Shown: in pieces, positions 1 to 7,035 of the stretch
Layout: each line of letters opens with the position of its first letter
Position numbering within the stretch: the stretch's first letter is position 1
Assembly (NCBI GenBank): GCA_029564765.1
Contig: JAKQPK010000023.1
Span: 11,479-75,478, forward strand
From: Candidatus Omnitrophota bacterium
GTDB taxonomy: Bacteria > Omnitrophota > Gorgyraeia > Zapsychrales > Aceulaceae
Reading direction: 5' to 3'
DNA length: 64,000 nucleotides
Notes under the pieces: generated by a model
The model's database searches: none
What the model was told of the DNA's origin: nothing
The model's input: only the letters and a program-made list of their open reading frames with translations
Position numbers and translations under genes: made by a program

Positions 1-15
1 GCTTTATCATATCTT

Positions 16-1389
16 TTATGCCTTTTGCAAATATTCATCGATCTCTCTGGCCGCCTTCTTGCCTTGCGCGAGCGCCTGCACAAGCGGCATCACGCCCTGC
101 GTGACTCCGCCGGCAGCAAAAACACCTTTCAAGTTTGTCGCGCACTGATCTCTTTTCACGGCAAGACATCCTTGCTTGTTGACCTTTAATCCGCCACCCA
201 AGCGCGTAAACGACGTGTTCGCTTCGTAAAGCCCGCAAATAACGACCGTATCCGCGTCAATAATAAAATCCGAATCCTTGACTGGCATCAATATCCAGTC
301 CCCATCCTGATCAGCAAAATCAAGCCGCGCGCAGCGCACACCTGCAACAGCACCTGTTTTATCTTGCGTGATGTCCACAACTTTGGCAAAACCCTCCCAT
401 GTCAAGCCTTCCTCCTGAGCGAGTATCTTTTCTTCTTCCGGAAATGGCAGTTCATCATCGCTTCCTTCGTGCACGAACGTAACTTTTTTACCTAACCGTA
501 AAAGAAGCCGACCGCACTCCATCGCATCAAGACTGTTACCCATCACGATAACCTTTTGCCCCAAAAACGGTAGAACAGCCTTTGCAGGTTCATAACTGGA
601 CAAAAAATTCACACGGAACAACAATTCCTGGCCTGTGATCACACCTTTGATGCTGCGGTCCGCGGCTTGCGCGCCTGTTTCAAAACCAAGGCCTGTGGCG
701 ATCAAGACCGCTTGAAAATCATTGAGCAAAAACTCTGTGATCATCTGCTCCTGCCCGATCAAGGTGTTATGAACGTACGCTGTCCCCAGCGATCGCACAT
801 AATCGATCTCAGCGTCTAAAACTTTTCGCGGCAGATGAAAATCACACGCGGCATAACGCAGCATGCCGCCATTTTTATCCAGCGCGTCAAAAACTGTGAC
901 GCTATGGCCGTCCTCGATCAGGTTCGCGGCCGCCATCAATCCTGCCGGACCACTACCAATAACCGCGACTTTCTTAGCGCTCTTATTGCTCGCCTGCGCG
1001 TTAAAGATCTCTTGTAAACGAACATTACCCAGATCGAACGCCGCGCGCTCCAAACTCTTGATCGCGATCGGCTGACCGCCGTCTTTGCTAAAAATACACG
1101 CTTTTTCACATGGTGCTTCGCACAGTCGTCCGCAGATACCTGTAAGGCTATTGTCTTCGCGCAGCTTCTGAAGTGCTTTTGCAAGGTCTCCTTCACGGAT
1201 AAGGCGGATAAATCCTGGAATATCCACGCCCAAGGGACAAGCCTTCACGCATTCAGGCTGCGAACATTGCGGGCAACGCTGCGCTTGCAGCATGGCTTGT
1301 TTTTTATTAAAACTGAGGACGGCTTCCGAAAAATTCTTAATGCGCTTTGTCGCAGGCTGAACATTCATAGATGTTTTGTTATTCTTCAT
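16..1389 (-). CDS. NAD(P)H-dependent oxidoreductase large subunit, GltD/NfnB/SudA-like (glutamate synthase small-chain family)
   Basis: 457 aa; N-terminal Cys clusters (CPQC...CVKACP...C..LC..C) then two Rossmann GxGxxG/A motifs (VAVIGSGPAGL; VIVMG) typical of GltD-like proteins. ATGA start/stop overlap with the upstream subunit gene. Confidence 0.78.
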   Translation of the reverse strand: MKNNKTSMNVQPATKRIKNFSEAVLSFNKKQAMLQAQRCPQCSQPECVKACPLGVDIPGFIRLIREGDLAKALQKLREDNSLTGICGRLCEAPCEKACIFSKDGGQPIAIKSLERAAFDLGNVRLQEIFNAQASNKSAKKVAVIGSGPAGLMAAANLIEDGHSVTVFDALDKNGGMLRYAACDFHLPRKVLDAEIDYVRSLGTAYVHNTLIGQEQMITEFLLNDFQAVLIATGLGFETGAQAADRSIKGVITGQELLFRVNFLSSYEPAKAVLPFLGQKVIVMGNSLDAMECGRLLLRLGKKVTFVHEGSDDELPFPEEEKILAQEEGLTWEGFAKVVDITQDKTGAVAGVRCARLDFADQDGDWILMPVKDSDFIIDADTVVICGLYEANTSFTRLGGGLKVNKQGCLAVKRDQCATNLKGVFAAGGVTQGVMPLVQALAQGKKAAREIDEYLQKA

Positions 1390-2177
1390 ACGATACGGCT
1401 CTCTTCTTTTTTCTGATAAAAATCAAGATCAAAAACTTCTCCATCAAAAATACATCCTTGCGCGGACATCAAAACGTATTCCTTGCCCACCTTGACCTCA
1501 TCTGTCCCACAAAATCCGATACCACTTAAAGCGAAAGGCTTAACGATCACACTGACCTTGATCTTATGTTGACGGCACAAGGATACGACATCCTGCATGT
1601 TCGCGGTATCCGCAGCGACATAGACTTGGCTAATAGCATGCCCTGCGATCGCCTGAGATAACATATCAGCGACACTTCCTTTTTTGCCTGCCGATCCATC
1701 AGCTGTAACAACGAATGCGCTATGGCAGCTCACACGCATCGCCGGCTCAAGGATAATGGTTTTCCGTGTAGACGCGCTCAAGATGCCAAAAACCTTATTT
1801 CCTTTTTTCTGATAATGCCGGCATACAGGCAAGACCTGAGCGATACCAAGCTCGTGGCCGACACCGACGACGATTCCTTGTGCATCCTCAAGGACAGGAT
1901 CGCCCAAAGGCCCTAAGACCGCGTGAACCTCCTCGTTGATCGCAAACCCACCAAATGCCTTTTCTGATAATGTTCGTTCATTAAAAATAAGCGTGATGGC
2001 ATTTTTCTGGACACTGGCCTCAACGATGGGAAAAGCCAAGCACTGCGACCTCTCCGTTGGCATCACAACAACAAATTGTCCCGGCTTTGCCTTTTGAACG
2101 ATAGACGGAGCTACGATGTCCATGCGCTTGGTTTCAGGCGCGATAATTTGTTTACTTAAGACTCGAAATTCACTCAT
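1386..2177 (-). CDS. oxidoreductase FAD/NAD-binding electron-transfer subunit, NfnA/SudB/PyrK-like
   Basis: 263 aa; ferredoxin-NADP-reductase-like fold signatures. Immediately precedes and is translationally coupled (4-nt overlap) to the GltD-like subunit, the gene order seen in NfnAB/SudBA. Confidence 0.65.
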   Translation of the reverse strand: MSEFRVLSKQIIAPETKRMDIVAPSIVQKAKPGQFVVVMPTERSQCLAFPIVEASVQKNAITLIFNERTLSEKAFGGFAINEEVHAVLGPLGDPVLEDAQGIVVGVGHELGIAQVLPVCRHYQKKGNKVFGILSASTRKTIILEPAMRVSCHSAFVVTADGSAGKKGSVADMLSQAIAGHAISQVYVAADTANMQDVVSLCRQHKIKVSVIVKPFALSGIGFCGTDEVKVGKEYVLMSAQGCIFDGEVFDLDFYQKKEESRIV

Positions 2178-2947
2178 AATGGTAAGTTAAAGAATTTTTT
2201 GGCATTCGCGTTCAAAACGTCTGCCGCTTTTTTCTTGTCTAGACTTTTAAGTTTAGCATAAACGTCAAGCGTAAAGAATACATCTTTTGGCCCAGCCTTA
2301 AAACTTTTTTCTTCGCTTAAGCGATACACGACCGGCGTATCCGTCTCGATCATGGTCTGCTCAATGGGTGCGAACTTCATAGCCTCCTGAAGCTGCGGGC
2401 TATAAAAAAGCGCTGGCGTCGCCGAGACAAGATATCCGCTTGCCAAAATATCTTGTAGGACATCCAGCGGCCCGCTGTACCAGTGAAAAACCGCGCGCGT
2501 CATACCGGACGCTTTTACCATATCAAAACATTCCCGCCACGCTCCTCGGCTGTGAATGATAACAGGAAGGTCGAATTCTTTAGCCAAATCCAGCTGCGCT
2601 TGAAGCACTTCACACTGTTGTTTTTTGCGCTCATCGCTTTTCTTGACCATCGGATACCAATAATCAAGTCCAATTTCGCCGATCGCCACGGCCTCGCTTC
2701 TGTGCTCACGGATGAACTGAAGCGTTGGCTCAATTTGCGGTGTAATGATATTGCCGGGATGAATGCCAAACGCCAGGAAAATCTTTGGCATTTTCCACTC
2801 TTTGGCGAGTTTCAAATGGATCTTGTTCGCGGCCAAGTCAACGCCCGCGGCAATGACCGCGCAAACGCCCGCCTCTGCTGCCTCGCGCAATTGCGCCGGC
2901 GCGTCATCGGTATGATCTAAATGGGCGTGGGTGTCAAGAAGAGTCAT
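2174..2947 (-). CDS. tatD: TatD family metal-dependent DNase/hydrolase
   Basis: 257 aa; N-terminal LLDTHAHLD metal-binding motif plus internal EIGLDY and HSR motifs of TatD/YcfH. 4-nt overlap with the downstream gene. Confidence 0.85.
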   Translation of the reverse strand: MTLLDTHAHLDHTDDAPAQLREAAEAGVCAVIAAGVDLAANKIHLKLAKEWKMPKIFLAFGIHPGNIITPQIEPTLQFIREHRSEAVAIGEIGLDYWYPMVKKSDERKKQQCEVLQAQLDLAKEFDLPVIIHSRGAWRECFDMVKASGMTRAVFHWYSGPLDVLQDILASGYLVSATPALFYSPQLQEAMKFAPIEQTMIETDTPVVYRLSEEKSFKAGPKDVFFTLDVYAKLKSLDKKKAADVLNANAKKFFNLPL

Positions 2948-2983
2948 GGTTAAAATGAAGTATTAAATTTCTGTAACATTAAA

Positions 2984-3703
2984 TCAAAACGTAATCCATT
3001 CTTTCCTATGATTAACATTCATCCTTATAAGGTTGATTCTTTTGCCAAACAAGTTTTTCATCTGATCAAAAATTCCAGCGTCTATATTACATCCACAATA
3101 TACTTTTTTAATGCCACAATCTAAGTGGTAATGCTCCTTTTTCTGAATGACCCTAAATTCCTTTTCATATTTCCAATGAGCTAATTTTGTCGTTAAGGCA
3201 ATTAGAGATTGTTCGTTAGCTATTTTAGATTTAGGGCCATGAATTATTTCCGGCAAATCTTCTTTATAATCAACTTGAAATATTCGTCTTTTAGTATCCT
3301 TTGGAATTCGATGACGTTCTCTTCCCGGAGGTGTTTTTACCATCAGAACATCGTCATCAGGCACCTCTATTTCAATGGCTATTCCGGCACAGCTATCCGC
3401 ATAATGCGCCCAGAGAAGAACGTCATCATTTTTCTCTGAAAGGCAACAGATCCTCTTGTTTTTCACAAGAGTATTTATTTTCTCAGCCTTTGGATCTGAA
3501 CTTGAAGAACTTTCATATTCACCACGGACCAAAGACCCTGCTGGTGACTTCTCTCTTTTAATACCCGTCAGATATCTCAAGCTAAACATCCCCTCAAAAG
3601 GATCGTTTAACTTATCGATGCTTGCGCAATAAAGCCGCTTATTCAACAAAATATCGTACACGTGACCAAGATTACTTAAAGACTTATATTTATATAGTTT
3701 CAT
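2984..3703 (-). CDS. DUF2971 family protein
   Basis: 239 aa; signature elements of DUF2971: N-terminal LYKYKSL, LNDPFEG, ICCLSE...LLWAHYADSCAGIAIEI and C-terminal HWKYEKEFRV (EkEwR-like). Lies in an AT-rich stretch. Confidence 0.6.
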   Translation of the reverse strand: MKLYKYKSLSNLGHVYDILLNKRLYCASIDKLNDPFEGMFSLRYLTGIKREKSPAGSLVRGEYESSSSSDPKAEKINTLVKNKRICCLSEKNDDVLLWAHYADSCAGIAIEIEVPDDDVLMVKTPPGRERHRIPKDTKRRIFQVDYKEDLPEIIHGPKSKIANEQSLIALTTKLAHWKYEKEFRVIQKKEHYHLDCGIKKVYCGCNIDAGIFDQMKNLFGKRINLIRMNVNHRKEWITF

Positions 3704-3745
3704 TTTGTTGTGCCGGGTTGGAATCTAAAAACTCTAAACAACGCT

Positions 3746-5023
3746 CTACTGCCCTAGCAAGGTATTTTCTTCTTCATCCCAGGGACGTTCAGAAGTAGTT
3801 TCGTATTGGTCATGGGATTTGGGGTTGATATATCCGTTGCAAGTCTTATCATTGACTCTGATTTTTTTCTTAATCCATCCCAAGCGCATCATGCAGTCAG
3901 CAACGCGCCTCTGCCTGCCACGGTCGAAGTCAGAGGAGAAACCCTTCAAGCATTCTGTCCAAATATCAATGCTTCTTACCTTGGCCTTGCCGATAAGATA
4001 TTTCTCGATGGAGTCCTTCCAGCTATCAAAGGCATCAGGAGGACCTTGCACGTCTTCGGCATGCGAAAAAAGATATTCCAGAGCGATATTCCATTGCTTC
4101 TGTGTAGGATAATGGCTTAAAACAATCCCGCTGTTCAAAGCGCATTTTTGAATATTAATATATTTGATCAGCTTGTTATTTTTTATTGTTATTTGAGAAT
4201 CATTAATCACTAGAACCGATGTGTTTTTATCTTGCCTAAGTAATTTTACGATGCCAAAGGTATTGACAGCATTGACAGTATCCTCATCGCTCTGAAGACT
4301 TTCAGTTTTACATGAAGAAGGCAGAACATCTTCAGCATTTAAAAAAAGATGTTCAAGGGCACGATGCCATTCACCTTGCTCTGGAGAATGGCTCAGAACA
4401 ATCCCCTTGTTCAAAGCAGACTTCTGGATATTGCTGTATTTCATTATCTTATTATTTCTTATCTCAATTTCATGGCCATTTATTATCAAAATAGAAGTAT
4501 TATTACTTTTCTTCATGAGCTTTGTGATACCGAAGGTATTCACGTCAGCTTCTTCATCCTGAACAATATAAGATGCATCACCGGAAACTTTGACAGGAAT
4601 ATCTGTGATCCTGGAAAGCGAACCATCAGCATTATATCTAAAAAACTTTATTTCGGTCTCAGAAACAACAACGCCAAACAAAGCTCTCGCTACTGCAAGA
4701 TAGGAAACAAGTTGATGCTCAGTGTCCTTGTCCGCTTTTATCTTAATTTCAGCAATGATCAAGGGGGTTCTTTTATCGCTTAAAACTACGATGTCCGCGC
4801 GTTTCTTAGTGATGCCGATCTGGATAGGGTATTCTGTGATAACGGAAATAGGATCATAATTGTAATGCAAAACAAGCTTAACAAGAAACAACTGTCTCAC
4901 TACTTCCTCCGGCGTAGCCACTCGCTCGCTGGTGAAGTATTTGCTACAAATACTGCAAGCTCCTGAACCTTTTTCCGTTATAAGAATTCTGGACAAAAGG
5001 TCTGGTCGCATTGACCAAATCAT
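3746..5023 (-). CDS. HsdR-N-like PD-(D/E)xK nuclease-fold protein with two internal ~92-aa tandem repeats and a VirE/primase-C-like C-terminal tail
   Basis: 425 aa. The N-terminus (EYPIQIG...RADIVVL...PLIIAEIK) matches the type I restriction enzyme R-protein N-terminal (PD-D/ExK) domain pattern D...(E)xK. Residues ~156-233 and ~246-325 are two copies of the same unit (VNTFGI.KL....NTS.L.IN...I.I.NNK..KY.NIQK.ALN.GIVLSH.P.Q..W..ALE.LF..AEDV). The C-terminal RRVADCMMRLGWIKKKIRVNDKTCNGY resembles VapE/P4-primase C-terminal segments. AT-rich; SD aaggag upstream. Confidence 0.5.
   Translation of the reverse strand: MIWSMRPDLLSRILITEKGSGACSICSKYFTSERVATPEEVVRQLFLVKLVLHYNYDPISVITEYPIQIGITKKRADIVVLSDKRTPLIIAEIKIKADKDTEHQLVSYLAVARALFGVVVSETEIKFFRYNADGSLSRITDIPVKVSGDASYIVQDEEADVNTFGITKLMKKSNNTSILIINGHEIEIRNNKIMKYSNIQKSALNKGIVLSHSPEQGEWHRALEHLFLNAEDVLPSSCKTESLQSDEDTVNAVNTFGIVKLLRQDKNTSVLVINDSQITIKNNKLIKYINIQKCALNSGIVLSHYPTQKQWNIALEYLFSHAEDVQGPPDAFDSWKDSIEKYLIGKAKVRSIDIWTECLKGFSSDFDRGRQRRVADCMMRLGWIKKKIRVNDKTCNGYINPKSHDQYETTSERPWDEEENTLLGQ
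4049..4558 (-). repeat. in-frame ~276-nt tandem duplication inside the 3746..5023 CDS (two protein repeat units)
   Basis: Two collinear DNA segments (~4049-4288 and ~4325-4558) encode the two 80-92-aa repeat units; aligned stretches are visible at nucleotide level (e.g. ...aacaatcccgctgttcaaagcgcatttttgaatatt... vs ...aacaatccccttgttcaaagcagacttctggatatt...). Confidence 0.7.
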
Positions 5024-5052
5024 AAGACATATCTCCTTTTAATTTAATAAGA

Positions 5053-5070
5053 AACCCCTAAAACCTTTCT
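5053..5070 (-). promoter_or_regulatory. conserved upstream motif copy A (AGAAAGGTTTTAGGGGTT), 30 nt upstream of the 3746..5023 CDS start
   Basis: Gene-sense reading: ggcAGAAAGGTTTTAGGGGTTtcttattaaattaaaaGGAGATATgtcATG. Confidence 0.5.
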
Positions 5071-5072
5071 GC

Positions 5073-6044
5073 CTAAATCAACAAGTTCAAAATAACTTTG
5101 ATCAACAATTCTTTTTCTTCCGGCTTGCTCGCGGCAACCATAAGGGTCAAGGCGACCAACGCGTTGTCATCAATTCGCTTACTGCCGTCTTTGCGTAGAA
5201 GAATACCGTTTTTCTGCAAGAAACAGATAAAAAGTGCCGCCGCGATACGCTTGTTACCGTCAACAAAACTGTGGTTTTTTATAACGAAATACAATAAATG
5301 CGTAGCTTTTTCTTCGACCGTCGGATAAAGATCCTTTCCTCCAAACGTTTGATGGATAGCGTTGATGGAGCTTTGAAAACTCTTGTCCTTTTCCCGGCCA
5401 AAAAGCGGAAATTCCTTGAGCTGCTGTTTCATGGCCTGGATGATATTTTGAGCATGTTCATAAGTAAAAGCGAACCGAACTTGCCTTGTTCCCTTAGGGG
5501 AAGAAACCTTTTGATGATCGTAACCATCTAAAATATCAAGCGCGCGGCCATATTCTGCAATGACCTTGATCAACCCCTTAGTCTCATCGGATAGGCTATC
5601 AAGCTGGATGACGTTGCCTAAAAGCTTAATAGACCGCTGCAGTTCGAGATATTTATGTTCGGCAGTTTTCAACCGCTTTTCATTGATCGTATAGCCATCG
5701 ACCAAATGCTTCTTGAGCACCTTTGTGGCCCAGATACGGAAGCGGGTTCCATTCTTTGATTTGACACGGTATCCAACTGAGATAATGACATCGAGATTAT
5801 AGAAATTGGCTTCATAGGATTTCCCGTCAGAAGCAGTTATCCGGAATTTCCGGATAACTGCCTTTTTCGATAATTCTTGTTCCTTAAAAATATTCTGGAT
5901 GTGCTCATTGACAGTTCGCATGTTTCTACTAAATAACACAGCCATCTGTTTTTGGGTAAGCCAGACAGTCTCTTTTTCAAGATGAACTTTCAGGTCTTTG
6001 CCATACAAAACAACTTGACCCTTTGAAGCTTCATTGTTGATCAT
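5073..6044 (-). CDS. RhuM-family N-terminal domain fused to Fic/Doc-family domain (Doc-type motif)
   Basis: The table ORF runs to 6137, but the start is taken as ATG 6044 (MINNEASKGQVVLYGKDLKVHLEKETVWLTQKQMAVLF, a typical RhuM N-terminus) with a GGAG-type SD upstream. The C-terminal half carries HSFVDGNKRIAAALF, matching the Fic/Doc core HxFx(D/N)GNKR. Confidence 0.62.
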   Translation of the reverse strand: MINNEASKGQVVLYGKDLKVHLEKETVWLTQKQMAVLFSRNMRTVNEHIQNIFKEQELSKKAVIRKFRITASDGKSYEANFYNLDVIISVGYRVKSKNGTRFRIWATKVLKKHLVDGYTINEKRLKTAEHKYLELQRSIKLLGNVIQLDSLSDETKGLIKVIAEYGRALDILDGYDHQKVSSPKGTRQVRFAFTYEHAQNIIQAMKQQLKEFPLFGREKDKSFQSSINAIHQTFGGKDLYPTVEEKATHLLYFVIKNHSFVDGNKRIAAALFICFLQKNGILLRKDGSKRIDDNALVALTLMVAASKPEEKELLIKVILNLLI

Positions 6045-6060
6045 GTCAATATCTCCCCTC

Positions 6061-6079
6061 AACCCCCAAAAACCTTTCT
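6061..6079 (-). promoter_or_regulatory. conserved upstream motif copy B (AGAAAGGTTTTTGGGGGTT), 17 nt upstream of the RhuM-Doc start
   Basis: Gene-sense reading: gggAGAAAGGTTTTTGGGGGTTgaggGGAGATATtgacATG. Shares both the motif and the GGAGATAT SD-like block with copy A. Confidence 0.5.
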
Positions 6080-6081
6080 CC

Positions 6082-6525
6082 CTACCCTCTACTCTCCAAG
6101 ATGAAAGTGACGGGCCCGTCGTTAATGAGTGCCACATCCATCATGGCGCGGAATTGGCCGGTTTGAACCTTTTGGCCAGCGCTTTTAAGCGCATCGACAA
6201 ACGCGTTATAAAATTCTTCACCTTTTTGCGGATCCGCGGCCGCATCAAAAGAAGGGCGCCTGCCTTTTTCGCAGGCGCCCAAAAGTGTAAATTGCGAAAC
6301 GACCAAAAATTCCCCGCCGACTTCGGTAATAGAACAATTCATCTTGCCCTGAGCATCTTCAAAAATGCGAAGTTCAATAAGCTTTCTGACAAGATAGTTG
6401 ATATCATCTGCTGTGTCTTCTTTGGCAACGGCTAAAAAAACCAATAACCCTTTGCCGATACGGCCCACCACCTGGCCGCCCACCGTGACACTCGCCTCTT
6501 TGACCCTTTGCAAAACGATACGCAT
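6082..6525 (-). CDS. dtd: D-aminoacyl-tRNA deacylase
   Basis: 147 aa; MRIVLQRV start, SQFTL and NDGPVTF motifs characteristic of Dtd. Confidence 0.85.
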   Translation of the reverse strand: MRIVLQRVKEASVTVGGQVVGRIGKGLLVFLAVAKEDTADDINYLVRKLIELRIFEDAQGKMNCSITEVGGEFLVVSQFTLLGACEKGRRPSFDAAADPQKGEEFYNAFVDALKSAGQKVQTGQFRAMMDVALINDGPVTFILESRG

Positions 6526-6951
6526 AAATATTATTCCTTATATTTTTATTAAATGATTATAGGGTACTTACCCTTTCAGGTCAACACTGGCAAGGGAAGC
6601 GAGAAAATTGATAAAAATCAATGTATCCTCTTTGCGTAAGGCGTGCTGTCATTATCCCTCGCTCAAACATCCTTCGCTCGCCTGTCTTTTCCAAACAGCT
6701 GCGGAATACAGGCGGCTAAGGAAACTCGCGAACGGACAACGCCAGCACGCTCTCTGACCAGGGTAAGCGAAAAAAGATTATCTTTTTGAAGCAGGACGTT
6801 GTTGAGGTTTCACTGCTGGCGATAAAGTGAAACCGAAAAGTCGAGTAAATTTTTCACGCTGGGGAAAATTTACATTCCTGAGAAGAAAAGATAATCTTTT
6901 AAGACCCCGCGTCGTCCCGCCTAAGTGGGACTCCTGGGACAAATTCGCACG

Positions 6952-6990
6952 CTTAAGTTATGTCACCCAGAGAGGTATCCGTAACTTAAG
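6952..6990 (+). promoter_or_regulatory. 11-bp-stem inverted repeat upstream of the Hel308-like gene
   Basis: CTTAAGTTATG-N17-CGTAACTTAAG (one G-U pair), ~45 nt upstream of the ATG. A TTGACA-N17-TACAAG promoter-like sequence follows at ~7001-7029. Confidence 0.35.
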
Positions 6991-7035
6991 CGCTCATTTG
7001 ACACCCCTATTCTTTTGTGTTACAAGTAAGGACTT

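Noticed and set aside
2948-6081. Mobile genetic element (integrated plasmid/prophage/IS) call for the AT-rich islands
   Set aside because: No integrase, transposase, recombinase, terminal inverted repeats or flanking direct repeats could be identified. The nearest tRNA (47466..47537) is 40 kb away. The islands are reported as compositionally atypical insertions rather than annotated as mobile elements.
6045-6137. N-terminal extension of the RhuM-Doc ORF up to 6137 (MWHSLTTGPSLSSWRVEGREKGFWGLRGDID...)
   Set aside because: The extension overlaps the dtd stop and has no SD. The canonical RhuM N-terminus and an SD-supported ATG are at 6044. Similar over-extended table ORFs were trimmed for guaB-like (23021 to 22964), aroB (40464 to 40407), pilT (62064 to 61914), GT2 (56919 to 56841), the M23 peptidase (47515 to 47437, which otherwise runs through the tRNA) and the TPR protein (33296 to 33209).
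6526-7035. RNase P RNA, tmRNA, SRP RNA, TPP or cobalamin riboswitch in the long intergenic stretch
   Set aside because: Hallmark strings were searched by eye on both strands and not found: GGAAAGTCCGG / ACAGAA...CCGGCTTA for RNase P, a tRNA-like TTCGAATCC...CCA end for tmRNA, GGAAGCAGCCAAGG for SRP, CTGAGA plus ACCTGATC for TPP, GCCACTG for the B12 box. A GGGG...CTGAGA...CCCC segment at ~6853-6908 lacks the rest of the TPP core.
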